Positions 1-14,092 of a stretch of 64,000 nt of DNA are shown here, one piece after another. Numbering within the stretch: position 1 is the first letter of the stretch; each line of letters opens with the position of its first letter. The position numbers and the translations under genes are program-made. Source of the DNA: the human T2T-CHM13v2.0 reference genome, Homo sapiens; NCBI RefSeq assembly GCF_009914755.1, contig NC_060933.1; one strand, given 5' to 3'. The notes under the pieces were generated by a model. The model worked only from the letters and a program-made list of their open reading frames with translations. It was not told the origin of the DNA and did not search any database.

Positions 1-3000
1 CATTCCGTTCCATTCCATTACATTCGGATTGATTCTATTCAACTCCCTTACTCTCCATTACATTCCATTCCATTCGGGTTGTTCCATTCCATTCCATTCC
101 ATTCCACTCCATTCCATTGCGCTCGGGTTGATTCCATTCCATTCCATTCCACTCCATTCCAGTCCTTTCCATTCCATTCCACTCGGGTTGATTCCAATGT
201 ATTCCTTTCCATTCCATTCCATTCCATTGCAATCAAGTTGATTCCATTGCTTTGCATTCCATTCCATTCCATTCCATTCCGGATGATTCCATTCCATTGC
301 ATTCCATTCCATTCCATTCCCCTGCACTCGGGTTGATTGCATTCCATTCCACTCCATTCCGTTCCATTCCATTCCATTCCATTGTATTCGGGTTAATTCC
401 ATTCCATTCCATTCCATTCCATTCCATTCCATTACAATCGAGTTGATTCTATTCCATTCCATTCCATTCCAGTCCTTTCCATTCCATTCCACTCGGGTTG
501 ATTCCATTCCATTAGTTTCCATTCCATTCCATTCCCTTCCATTCCACTCTGGTTGATACCATTCCTTTCCATTCCACTCGAATACAATCCCTCCTATTCC
601 ACTCGGAACGATTCCATTCCATTCCATTTCATTCCATTCCATTCCATTCCATTTCGTTCCATTCCATTCTATTCCGTATCATTCCATTCCATTCCTTTCC
701 ATTCCATTCCATTCCATTCCATTCCATTCCATTGTACTCGGGTTGATTCAATTCCATTGCATTCCATTCCATTCCATTCCATTCCATTCAATTCGGTTGC
801 ATTCCATTCCATTACATTCGGATTGATTCTATTCAACTCCCTTACTCTCCATTCCATTCCATTCCATTCGGGTTGTTCCATTCCATTCCATTCCATTCCA
901 CTCCATTCCATTGCACTCGGGTTGATTCCATTCCATTCCATACCATTCCATTCCATTCCATTCCGGATGATTCCATTCCATTGCATTCCGTTCCATTACA
1001 TTCCCCTGCACTCGCGTTGATTCCATTCCATTCCATTCCATTCCGTTCCGTTCCATTCCGTTCCATTCCATTCCATTCCATTCTATTCGGATTAATTCCA
1101 AACCATTCCATTCCATTCTATTCCATTCCATTGCAATCGATTTGAATCCATTGCATTTCATTCCATTCCATTCCATTCCGGAAGATTCCATTCCATTTCA
1201 TTCCATTCCATTCCATTTCCCTGCACTCGCGTTGATTCCATTCCATTCCATTCCATTCCATTCCATTCCATTCCTTTCCATTCCATTACGGATGATTCCA
1301 TTCCATTGCATTCCATTCCATTCCATTCCCCTGTACTCGGGTTGATTCCATTCCATTCCATTCCAATCCATGGCATTCCACTCTTGTTGATTCCATTCTT
1401 TCCATTCCATTCAAGTTGAATCCATTCCATTGCATTCCATTCCATTCGTTTCCATTCTATTGCACTCGGGTTGATTCCATTCCATTGCATTCCATTCCAT
1501 TCCATTCCATTCCATTCCATTCCATTCCGTTCCATTCCATTCCATTACATTCGGATTGATTCTATTCAATTCCCTTACACTCCATTACATTCCATTCCAT
1601 TCGGGTAGTTTCCATTCCATTCCATTCCATTCCTCTCCATTCCATTGCACTCGGGTTGATTCCATTCCATTGCATTCCATTCCATTCCATTCCATTCCAT
1701 TCCGTTCCATTCCATTCCATTACATTGGGATTGATTCTATTCAACTCCCTTACTCTCCATTACATTCCATTCCATTCGGGTTGTTCCATTCCATTCCATT
1801 CCATTCCACTCCATTCCATTGCACTCGGGTTGATTCCATTCCATTCCATTCCATTCCATTCCATTCCATTCCATTCCGGAAGATTCCATTCCATTGAATT
1901 CCATTCCATTCCATTCCATTCCCCTGCACTCGCGTTGATTCCATTCCATTCCATTCCATTCCATTCCATTCCATTCCTTTCCGTTCCATTCCATTCCATT
2001 CCATTCCATTCCAATCCATTCCATTCCGTTCCGTTCCGTTCCATTCCATTCCATTCCATTCTATTCGGGTTAATTCCATTCCATTCCATTCGATTGCAAT
2101 CGAGTTGATTCCAATCCATTCCATTCCATTCCATTCCATTCCATTCCTTTCCATTCCATTACGGATGATTCCATTCCATTGCATGCCATTCCATTCCATT
2201 CCCCTGTACTCGGGTTGATTCCATTCCATTCCATTCCAATCCATGCCATTCCACTCGTGTTGATTCCATTCTTTCCATTCCATTCAAGTTGAATCCATTC
2301 CATTGCATTCCATTCCATTCCATTCCCCTGCAGTCGGGTTGTTTTCATTCCATTCCATTCCATTCCATTCCGTTCCGTTCCATTCCATTCCATTCCATTC
2401 TATTCGGGTTAATTCCATTCCATTCCATTCCATTCCATTGCATTCCATTCCAATCGAGTTGATTCCATTCCATTCCATTCCATTCCATTCCACTCCATTC
2501 CAGTCCTTTCCATTCCATTCCATTCGGGTTGATTCCAATGTATTCTTTCCATTCCATTCCATTCCGTTGCAATCGAGTTGATTCCATTGCTTTGCATTCC
2601 ATTCCATTCCATTCCATTCCGGATGATTCCATTCCATTGCATTCCATTCCATTCCATTCCCCTGCACTCGGGTTGATTCCATTCAATTCCACTCCATTCC
2701 GTTCCATTCCATTCCATTGCATTGTATTCGGGTTAATTCCATTCCATTCCATTCCATTCCATTCCATTCCATTACAATCGAGTTGATTCCATTCCATTCC
2801 ATTCCATTCCAGTCCTTTCCATTCCATTCCTCTCGGGTTGATTCCATTATATTAGTTTCCATTCCATTCCATTCCCTTCCATTCCACTCAGGTTTTTTCC
2901 ATTCCTTTCAATTCCACTCGAATACATTCCCTCCTATTCCACTTGGAACGATTCCATTCCATTCCATTCCACTCCATTCCATTCCATTCCATTCCATTCC

Positions 3001-6000
3001 GTTCCATTCCATTTCATTACATTCAGATTGATTCTATTCAATTCCCTTACACTCCATTATATTGCAATCCATTCTGGTTGTCTCCATTCCATTCCATTCC
3101 ATTTCACTCCATTCCATTGCACTCGGGTTGATTCCATTCCATTCCATTCCATTGCATTCCATTCCATTCCATTCCGGATGATTCCATTCCATTGCATTCC
3201 ATTCCATTCCATTCCCCTGCACTCGGGTTGTTTCCATTCCATTCCATTACATTATATTCCGTTCCATTCCATTCCATTCCATTCGGATTGATTCTATTCA
3301 ATTCCCTTACACTCCATTCCATTCCATTCCATTCGGGTAGTTTCCATTCCATTCCATTCCATTCCTCTCCATTCCATTGCACTCGGGTTGATTCCATTCC
3401 ATTCCATTACATTACATTACATTACATTACATTACATTCCGTTCCATTGTACTCGGGTTGATTCCATTTCATTGCATTCCATTCCATTCCATTCCATTCC
3501 ATTCCATTCCATTCCATTCCGTTCCATTCCATTACATTCGGATTGATTCTATTCAACTCCCTTACTCTCCATTACATTCCATTCCATTCGTGTTGTTCCA
3601 TTCCATTCCATTCCATTCCACTCCATTCCATTGCACTCGGGTTGATTCCATTCCATTCCATTCCATTCCATTCCATTCCGTTCCATTCCATTCAATTCCG
3701 GATGATTCCATTCCATTGCATTCCGTTCCATTACATTCCCCTGCACTCCGGTTGATTCCATTCCATTCCATTCCATTCCATTCGATTCCATTCCATTCCA
3801 ATTATTTCCATTCCATTCTATTCCGTACCATTCCATTCCATTCCATACAATTCAATTCCATTGCATTCCACTCCGTTCGGTTCCGTTCCGTTCTGTTCCG
3901 TTCCATTCCATTCCATTCCATTCTATTCGGTTTAATTCCATTCCATTCCATTCCATTCCATTCCATTCTATTCCATTCCATTGCAATCGAGTTGAATCCA
4001 TTGCATTCCATTCCATTCCATTGCATTCCATTCCATTCCATTCCGGAAGATTCCATTGCATTGCATTCCATTCCATTCCCCTGCACTCGCGTTAATTCCA
4101 TTCCATTCCATTCCATTCCATTCCGTTCCGTTCCATTCCATTCCATTCCATTGCATTACATTCCGTTCCGTTCCATTCCATTCCATTCCATTCCATTCTC
4201 TTCGGGTTAATTCCATCCCATTCCATTCGATTGCAATCGAGTTGATTCCATTCCATTCTATTCCATTCCATTCCATTCCATTCCACTCCTTTCCTTTCCA
4301 TTACGGATGATTCCATTCCGTTGCATTCCATTCCATTCCATTCCCCTGTACTCGGGTTTATTCCATTCCATTCCATTCCAATCCATGCCATTCCACTCGT
4401 GTTGATTCCATTCTTTCCATTCCATTCAAGTTGAATCCATTCCATTGCATTCCATTCCATTCGATTCCATTCGATTGCGCTTGGGTTGATTCCATTCTAT
4501 TGCATTCCATTCCATTCCATTCCATTCCATTCCGTTCCATTCCATTCCATTACATTCGGATTGATTCTATTCAATTCCCTTACACTCCATTACATTCCAT
4601 TCCATTCGGGTAGTTTCCATTCCATTCCATTCCATTCCTCTCCATTCCATTGCACTCGGGTTGATTCCATTCCATTGCATTCCATTCCATTCCATTCAAT
4701 TCCATTCCGTTCCATTCCATTCCATTACATTCGGATTGATTCTATTCAACTCCCTTACTCTCCATTCCATTCCATTCCATTCGGGTTGTTCCATTCCATT
4801 CCATTCCATTCCACTCCATTCCATTGCACTCGGGTTGATTCCATTCCATTCCATTCCATTCCATTCCATTCTATTCCGGAAGATTCCATTCCATTGCATT
4901 CCATTCCATTCCATTCCCCTATACTCGGGTTGATTCCATTCTATTCCATTCTATTCCATTCCATTCCCTTCCTTTCCTTTCCATTCCATTCCATTCCATT
5001 CCATTCCATTCCATTCCGTTCCTTTCCATTCCATTCCATTCCATTCTATTCGGGTTAATTCCATTCCATTCCATTCGTTTGCGATCGAGTTGATTCCATT
5101 CCATTCCATTCCATTCCATTCCATTCCATTCCATTCCTTTCAATTCCATTACGGATGATTCCATTCCATTGCATTCCATTCCATTCCATTCCCCTATACT
5201 CGGGTTGATTCCATTCCATTCCATTCCAATCCATGCCATTCCACTCGTGTTGATTCCATTCTTTCCATTCCATTCAAGTTGAATCCATTCCATTGCATTC
5301 CATTCCATTCCATTCCATTCCATTGCACTCGGGTTGATTCCATTCCATTGCATTCCATTCCATTCCATTCCATTCCATTCCATTCCGTTCCATTCCATTT
5401 CATTACATTCAGATTGATTCTATTCAATTCCCTTACACTCCATTATATTCCAATCCATTCTGGTTGTCTCCATTCCATTCCATTCCATTTCACTACATTC
5501 CATTGCACTCGGGTTGATTCCATTCCATTCCATTACATTACATTTCGTTGCATTGCATTCCATTCCATTCGGATTGATTCTATTCAATTCCCTTACACTC
5601 CATTCCATTCCATTCCATTCGGGTAGTTTCCATTCCATTCCATTCCATTCCTCTCCATTCCATTGCACTCAGGTTGATTCCATTCCATTCCATTCCATTC
5701 CATTCCATTACATTACATTCCATTCCATTCCGTTCCATTGTACTCGGGTTGATTCCATTCCATTGCATTCCATTCCATTCCATTCCATTCCATTCCATTC
5801 CATTCCATTCCATTCCGGATGATTCCATTCCATTGCATTCCGTTCCATTACATTCCCCTGCACTCGGGTTGATTCCATTCCATTCCATTCCATTCCATTC
5901 GATTCCATTCCATTCCAATTCTTTCCATTCCATTCTATTCCGTACCATTCCATTCCATTCCATACAATTCCATTCCATTCCATTCCACTCCGTTCCGTTC

Positions 6001-7790
6001 CATTCCGTTCTGTTCCGTTCCATTCCATTCCATTCCATTCTATTCGGTTTAATTCCATCCCATTCCATTCCATTCCATTCCATTCCATTCCATTCTTTTC
6101 CATTCCATTGCAATCGAGTTGAATCCATTTCATTCCATTCCATTCCATTCCATTCCATTCCATTCCGGAAAATTCCATTCCATTGCATTCCATTCCATTC
6201 CATTCCATTCCATTCCATTCCATTGTATTCGGGTTGATTCCATTCCATTTCATTCCATTCCATTCCATTCCATTCCATTCCGTTCCATTCCGTTCCATTT
6301 CATTCCATTCCATTCTATTCGGATTAATTCCATTCCATTAAATTCCATTCTATTCTATTCCATTCCATTGCAATCGAGTTGAATCCATTGCATTTCATTC
6401 CATTCCATTCCATTCCATTCCATTCCGGAAGATTCCATTCCATTGCATTCCATTCCATTGCATTCCCCTGCACTCGCGTTGATTCTATTCCATTCCATTC
6501 CATTCCATTCCGTTCCATTCCATTCCATTCAATTCCATTCCATTCCATTACGTTCCGTTCCATTCCATTCCATTCCATTCTATTCGGGTTAATTCCATTC
6601 CATTCCATTCGATTGCAATCGAGTTGATTCCATTCCATTCCATTCCATTCCATTCCATTCCATTCCATTCCATTCCTTTCCATTCCATTACGGATGATTC
6701 CATTCCATTGCATTCCATTCCATTCCATTCCCCTGTACTCGGGTTGATTCCATTCCATTCCATTCCAATCCATGCCATTCCACTCGTGTTGATTCCATTC
6801 TTTCCATTCCATTCAAGTTGAATCCATTCCATTGCATTCCATTCCATTCGATTCCATTCGATTGCACTCGTGTTGATTCCATTCCACTGCATTCCATTCC
6901 ATTCAATTCCATTCCATTCCGTTCCATTCCATTCCATTACATTCGGATTGATTCTATTCAATTCCCTTACACTCCATTCCATTCCATTCCATTGGTGTAG
7001 TTTCCATTCCATTCCATTCCATTCCTCTCTATTCCATTGCACTCGGGTTGATTCCATTCCATTGGATTCCATTCCATTCCATTCAATTCCATTCTGTTCC
7101 ATTCCATTCCATTACATTCGGATTGATTCTATTCAACTCCCTTACTCTCCATTACATTCCATTCCATTCGGGTTGTTCCATTCCATTCCATTCCATTCCA
7201 CTCCATTCCATTGCACTCAGGTTGATTCCATTCCATTCCATTCCATTCCGGAAGATTCCATTCCATTGCATTCCATTACATTCCATTCCCCTGCACTTGC
7301 GTTGATTCCATTCCATTCCATTCCATTCCATTCCATTCCATTCCATTCCTTTCCGTTCCATTCCATTCCATTCCATTCCATTCCATTCCATTCCATTCCG
7401 TTCCGTTCCGTTCCGTTCCGTTCCATTCCATTCCATTCCATTCTATTCGGGTTAATTCCATTCCATTCCATTCGATTGCAATCGAGTTGAATCCATTCCA
7501 TTCCATTCCATTCCATTCCATTCCATTCCATTCCATTCCTTTCCATTCCATTACGGATGATTCCATTCCATTGCATTCCATTCCATTCCATTCCCCTGTA
7601 CTCGGGTTGATTCCATTCCATTCCATTCCAATCCATGCCATTCCACTCGTGTTGATTCCATTCTTTCCATTCCATTCAAGTTGAATCCATTCCATTGCAT
7701 TCCATTCCATTCGATTCCATTCGATTGCACTCGGGTTGATTCCATTCCATTGCATTCCATTCCATTCCATTTCATTCCATTCCATTCATT
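1..7790 (-). repeat. HSat3 sub-domain, dialect B (my label), left copy
   Basis: Reverse complements of the B markers GGAGAGTAAGGGAGTTG, CAACGCGAGTGCAGGGG, GGAATCTTCCGG, GGATTCAACTTG and GATTGCAATCG. CAAGTTG recurs at 1412, 2285, 4427, 5275, 6814 and 7677. Confidence 0.8.
1175..7259 (-). promoter_or_regulatory. Cluster of 7 consensus heat-shock elements (candidate HSF1 sites)
   Basis: ATTCCGGAA(G/A)ATTCC, the reverse complement of gGAAtcTTCcgGAAt (gGAAttTTCcgGAAt at 6162), at 1175, 1873, 4040, 4873, 6162, 6422 and 7245. Motif match only; function is inferred. Confidence 0.5.
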
Positions 7791-8139
7791 TCCATTCCAT
7801 TCCATTCCATTCCATTCCATTCCATTGCAATCGAGTTGATTCCATTCCGTTCCTTTCCATTCCATTCCATTGCCTTGCATTCCACTCGGGTTGATTCCAT
7901 TCCCTTCTTTCCACTCCATTCCATTCCCTTCCATTCCACTCGGAATGATTAATTCCATTCCATTCCATTCCATTTCATTCCATTGCAATCCATTCCAATC
8001 CATTCCATTCCATTCCATTCCACTCGAGTTGATTTCATTCCATTCCTTTCCATTCCATTCCATTCCTTTCCACTCGAGTTGATTCCTTTCCATGCCATTC
8101 CTTTGCATTCCTTTCCATGCCATTCCACTCCGGTTGATT

Positions 8140-11100
8140 CCATTCCATTCCATTCCATTCCATTCCATTCCATTCCATTGCATTCCATTCCATTCCGTTC
8201 CATTCCATTCCATTACATTCGGATTGATTGTATTCAATTCCCTTACACTCCATTACATTCCATTCCATTCGGGTTGTTTCCGTTCCATTACATTCCATTC
8301 CACTCCATTCCATTGCACTCAGGTTGATTCCATTCCATTCCATTCCATTCCATTCCATTCCATTCCATTCCATTCCATTCCATTTCGTTCCATTCCATTC
8401 TATTCCGTACCATTCCATTCCATTCCATTCCATTCCATTCCATGCCATTCCACTCGGGTTGATTCCATTCCTTTCCATTCCATTCGGTTTGAATCCATTC
8501 CATTCCATTCCATTCCATTCCATTCCATTCCATGCCATTCCACTCGGGTTGATTCCATTCCTTTCCATTCCATTCGAGTTGAACCCATTCCATTCCATTC
8601 CATTCCATTCCATTCCATTCCATTCCATTCCATTGCTCACGGGTTCATTCCATCCAATTCCATTCCATTCCATTCCATTCCATTTCGTTCCATTCCATTC
8701 TACTCCGTACCATTGCATTCCATTCCATTCCCTTCCATTCCATTTCACTCGGGTTTATTCCTTTCCTTTCCATTCCATTCGGGTTGAATCCATTCCATTC
8801 CATTCCATTGCATTCCATTCCATTCCATTCCCCTGCAATCGGGTGGATTCCATTCTATTCCATTCCATTCCATTCCATTCCATTCCATTCCATTCCATTC
8901 CATTTCGTTCCATTCCATTCTATTCCGTACCCTTCCATTCCATTCCATTCCATTCCATTCCATGCCATGCCATTCCACTCGGTTTGATTCCATTGCTTTC
9001 CATTCCATTTGGGTTGAATCTAATCCATTCCATCCCATTCCATTCCATTCCGTTCCATTCCATTCCATTCCATTCTATTCGCGTTAATTCCATTCCATTC
9101 CATTACATTCCATTGCAATCGAGTTGATTCCATTCCATTCCGTTCCATTCCATTCCATTCCATTCCATTTCGTTCCATTCCATTCTATTCCGTACCATTC
9201 CATTCCATTCCATTCCATTCCATTCCATTCCATGCCATTCCACTCGGGTTGATTCTATTGCTTTCCATTCCATTTGGGTTGAATCCAATCCATTCCATTC
9301 CATTCCATTCCATTCCATTCCATTGCACTAGGTTTGATTCCATTCCACTGCATTCCATTCCATTCCATTCTGTTCCATTCCATTCCATTACATTCGGATT
9401 GATTGTATTCAATTCCTTACACTCCATTACATTCCATTCCATTCGGGTTGTTTCCATTCCATTCCATTCCATTCCATTCCATTCCATTGCACTCAGGTTG
9501 ATTCCATTCCATTCCATTCCATTCCATTCCATTCCATTCCATTCCATTCCATTCCATTTCGTTCCATTCCATTCTATTCCGTACCATTCCATTCCATTCC
9601 ATTCCATTCCATGCCATTCCACTCGGGTTTATTCCATTCCTTTCCATTCCATTCGGGTTGAATCCATTCCATTCCATTCCATTCCATTCCATTCCATTCC
9701 ATTGCACTCGGGTTGATTCCATTCCATTCCCTGCCATTCCATTTCATTCCATTCCATTCCATTCCATTGCATTCCATTCCATTCCGTACCATTCCATTCC
9801 ATTACATTCGGATTGATTGTATTCAATTCCCTTATACTCCATTACATTCCATTCCATTCGTGTTGTTTCCGTTCCATTACATTCCCTTCCACTCCATTCC
9901 ATTGCACTCAGGTTGATTCCATTCCATTCCATTCCATTCCATTCCATTCCATTCCATTTCGTTCCATTCCATTCTATTCCCTACCATTCCATTCTTTCCA
10001 TTCCATTCCATGCCAATCCACTCGGGTTTATTCCATTCCTTTCCATTCCATTCGGGTTGAATCCATTCCATTCCATTCCATTCCATTCCATTCCATTCCA
10101 TTCCATTCCATTCCATTCCCCTGCAATCGGGTGGATTCCATTCTATTCCATTCCATTCCTTTCCATTCCATTCCATTCCATTCCATTTCGTTCCATTCCA
10201 TTCTATTCCGTACCATTCCTTTCCATTCCATTCCATTCCATTCCATGCCATGCCATTCCACTCGGGTTGATTCCATTCCTTTCCATTCCATTCTAGTTGA
10301 ATCCATTCCATTGCATTCCATTCCATTCGATTCCATTCAATTGCACACGGGGTCATTCCATTCCATTCCATTCCATTCCATTCCATTCCATTTCGTTCCA
10401 TTCCATTCTATTCCTTACCATTCCCTTCCATTCAATTCCATTCCACTCCATTCCATGCCATTCCACTCGGGTTTATTCCATTCCCTTCCATTCCATTCGG
10501 GTTGAATCCATTCCATTCCATTCCATTCCATTCCATTCCATGCCATTCCACTCGGGTTGATTCCATTCTTTTCCATTACATTCGAGTTGAACCCATTCCA
10601 TTCCATTCCATTCCATTCCATTCCATTCCATTCCACTCGGGTTGATTCCATTCCTTTCCATTCCATTAGGGTTGAAACCATTCCATTCCATTCCATTCCT
10701 TTCGATTCCATTCCATTTCACTCGGGTTGATCCCATTCCATTGCATTCCATTCCATTCCATTGCATTCCATTCCGTTCCATTCCATTCCATTACATTCGT
10801 ATTGATTCTATTCAATTCCCTTACTCTCCATTACATTCCATTCCATTCGGGTTGTTTCCATTCCATTCCATTCCATTCCACTCCATTCCATTGCAATCGG
10901 GTTGATTCCATTCCATTCCATTGCATTCCATTCCATTTCATTCCATTCCATTCCATTCCATTCCATTCCGTATGATTCCATTCCATTGCATTCCATTCCA
11001 TTCCATTCCACTGCACTCGGTTGGATTCCATTCTATTCCATTCCATTCCATTCCATTCCATTCCATTCCATTCCATTCCATTCTATTCGGGTTAATTTCA

Positions 11101-12663
11101 TTCCATTCCCTTCCATTCCATTCCATTCCATTCCATTCCATTCCATTGAAATCGAGTTGATTCCATTCCATTCCATTCCATTCCATTCCATTCCATTCTA
11201 TTCGTGTTAATTCCATTCCATTACATTCCATTCCATTCCCTTCCATTCCATTCCATTCCATTCCATTCCATTCCATTCTATTAGGGTTAATTCCATTCCA
11301 TTCCATTCCATTCCATTCCATTCCATTCCATTCCACTCCATTCCATGCCATTCCACTCGGGTTTATTCCATTCCTTTCCATTCCATTCGGGTTGAGTCCA
11401 TTCCATTCCATTCCATTCCATTCCATTCCATTCCATTCCATGCCATTGCACTCGGGTTGATTCCATTCCTTTCCATTCCATTCGAATTGAACCCATTCCA
11501 TTCCCTTCCATTCCATTCCATTCCATTCCATTCCATTGCTCACGGGTTCATTCCATTCCATTCCATTCCATTCCATTCCATTCCATTTCGTTCCATTCCA
11601 TTCTACTCCGTACCATTCCATTCCATTCCATTCCCTTCCATGCCATTTCACTCGGGTTTATTCCATTCCTTTCCATTCCATTCGGGTTGAATCCATTCCA
11701 TTCCATTCCATTCCATTCCATTGCGCTCGGGTTGATTCCATTCCATTCTATGCCATTCCATTTCATTCCGTTCCATTCCATTCCATTCCTTTCCATTCCT
11801 TTCCTTTCAATTCCATTCCATTACATTCGGATTGATTCTTTTTAATTCCCTTACACTCCATTACATTCCATTCCATTCGGGTACTTTCCATTCCATTCCA
11901 TTCCATTCCACTGCATTCTATTGCACTCGGGTTGATTGATTCCATTAGAATGCATTCCATTCCATTCCATTCCCCTGCACTCGGGTTGATCCCATTCCAT
12001 TGCATTCCATTCCATTCCGTTCCATTCCATTCCATTCCATTCCATTCCATTCTGTTCAGGTTAATTCCATTCCATTCCATTCCATTCCATTCCATTCCAT
12101 CCCATTGCAATCTAGTTGATTCCATTGCATTCCATTCCATTCCATTCCATTCCATTGCATTCCATTCCATTCCATTCCCCTGCACTCAGATTGATTCCAT
12201 TCCATCCCATTCCATTCCATTCCGTTCCATTACATTCCATTCCATTCTATTCGCGTTAATTCCATTCCATTCCATTCCATTACATTCCATTGCAATCGAG
12301 TTGATTCCATTCCATTCCGTTCCATTCCATTCCATTCCATTCCATTTCGTTCCATTCCATTCTATTCTGTACAATTCCATTCCATTCCATTCCATTCCAT
12401 TCCATTCCATTCCATGCCATTCCACTCGGGTTGATTCCATTGCTTTCCATTCCATTTGGGTTGAATCCAATCCATTCCATTCCATTCCATTCCATTCCAT
12501 TCCATTCCATTCCATTGCATTGGGTTTGATTCCATTCCGCTGCATTCCATTCCATTCCATTCCGTTCCATTCCATTCCATTACATTCGGATTGATTGTAT
12601 TCAATTCCCTTACACTCCATTACATTCCATTCCATTCGGGTTGTTTCCATACCATTCCATTCC
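8140..12663 (-). repeat. HSat3 sub-domain, dialect A (my label), left copy
   Basis: Reverse complements of the A markers GAATACAATCAATCC, CAAACCTAGTGC, GGATTCAACCCAAATGG..GAAAGCAATGG and GAACCCGTG. B markers are absent. Confidence 0.75.
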
Positions 12664-12684
12664 GTGTGCAATGGAATGGAATGG
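12652..12684. other. Strand-switch (inversion) breakpoint within the satellite array
   Basis: The sequence reads ...CCATTCCATT-CC-GTGTGCAATGGAATGG.... The left side is CATTC-oriented and the right side starts inside a truncated (GAAC)CCGTGTGCAAT module. CC at 12662-12663 is shared by both sides. Confidence 0.95.
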
Positions 12685-13662
12685 AATGGAATGGAATGGA
12701 ATGGAATGGGTTCAACTAGAATGGAATGGAAAGGAATGGAATCAACCCGAGTGGAATGGCATGGAATGGAATGGAATGGAATGGAATGGAAAGCAATGGA
12801 ATGAAATGGAATGGAAGGGAATGGATTGAAATGGAATGGAATGGAATGGAATCAACCCGAGTGCAATGTAATGGAATTGAATGGAATGGAATGGAATGCA
12901 ATGGAATGAATTCAACCCGAATGGAATGGAAAGGAACGGAATAAACCCGAGTGGAATGGCATGGAATGGAGTGGAATGGAATGGAATGGAATACTACGGA
13001 AGAGAATGGAATGGAACGAAATGGAATGGAATGGAATGGAATGGAATGGAATGGAATGAACACGTGAGCAATTGAATGGAATCGAATGGAATAGAATGGA
13101 ATGGAATGGGTTCAACTCGAATGGAATGTAAAGGAATGGAATCAACCCGAGTGGAATGGCATGGAATGGAATGCAATGGAATGGAATGGAATGGAATGGA
13201 ATGCAATGGAATGGAATGGAATGCAATGGAATCAACCCGAGTGCTATGTAATGGAATTGAATGGAATGGAATGGAATGGAATGGAATGGATTCAACCCGA
13301 ATGGAATGGAAAGGAATGAAATAAACCCGAGTGGAATGGCGTGGAATGGAGTGGAATGGAATGGAATGGAATGGAATGGAATGGAACGAAATGGAATGTA
13401 ATGTAATGGAATGGAATGGAATGGAATGAACCCGTGTGCAATGGAATGGAATGGAAAGGAATGGAATGGAATGGAATGAACCCGTGTGCAATGGAATGGA
13501 ATCGAATGGAATGGAATGGAATGGAATGGATTCAAGTCGAATGGAATGGAAAGGAATGGAATCAACCCGAGTGGAATGGCATGGAATGGAATGGAATGGA
13601 ATGGAATGGAATGGAATGGAATGGAATGGTACGGAATAGAACGGAATGAAACGAAATGGAAT

Positions 13663-14092
13663 GGAATGGAATGGAATGGAATGGAATGGAATGGAATGGA
13701 AAGGAATGGAATGGAATCAACCCGAGTGCAGGTGAATGGAATGGAATGGAAGGCAATGGAATGCAATCATCCGGAATTGAATGGAATGGAATGGAATGGA
13801 ATGGAATCAACTCGATTGCAATGGAATGTAATGGAATGGAATGGAATGGAATTAACCCTAATAGAATGGAATGGAATGGAATGGAATGGAATGGAATGGA
13901 ATGGAAAGGAATGGAATGGAATCAACCCGAGTGCAGGTGAATGGAATGGAATGGAAGGCAATGGAATGCAATCATCCGGAATTGAATGGAATGGAATGGA
14001 ATGGAATGGAATCAACTCGATTGCAATGGAATGTAATGGAATGGAATGGAATGGAATTAACCCTAATAGAATGGAATGGAATGGAATGGAAG
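13663..14092 (+). repeat. 205-bp tandem duplication
   Basis: The rare variants GCAGGTGA (GGTGA at 13731 and 13936), GCAATCATCCGGAATTG and TAACCCTAATAG each recur exactly 205 bp apart. Confidence 0.88.

Larger units (their letters stand above)
1..12663 (-). repeat. Satellite III (HSat3) array, left arm; CATTC on the + strand, so the GGAAT strand is on minus
   Basis: Continuous (CATTC)n with interspersed A(C/T)TCGGGTTG 10-mers, the reverse complement of the classical satellite III CAACCCGA(G/A)T(GGAAT)n motif. No unique sequence. Confidence 0.96.
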
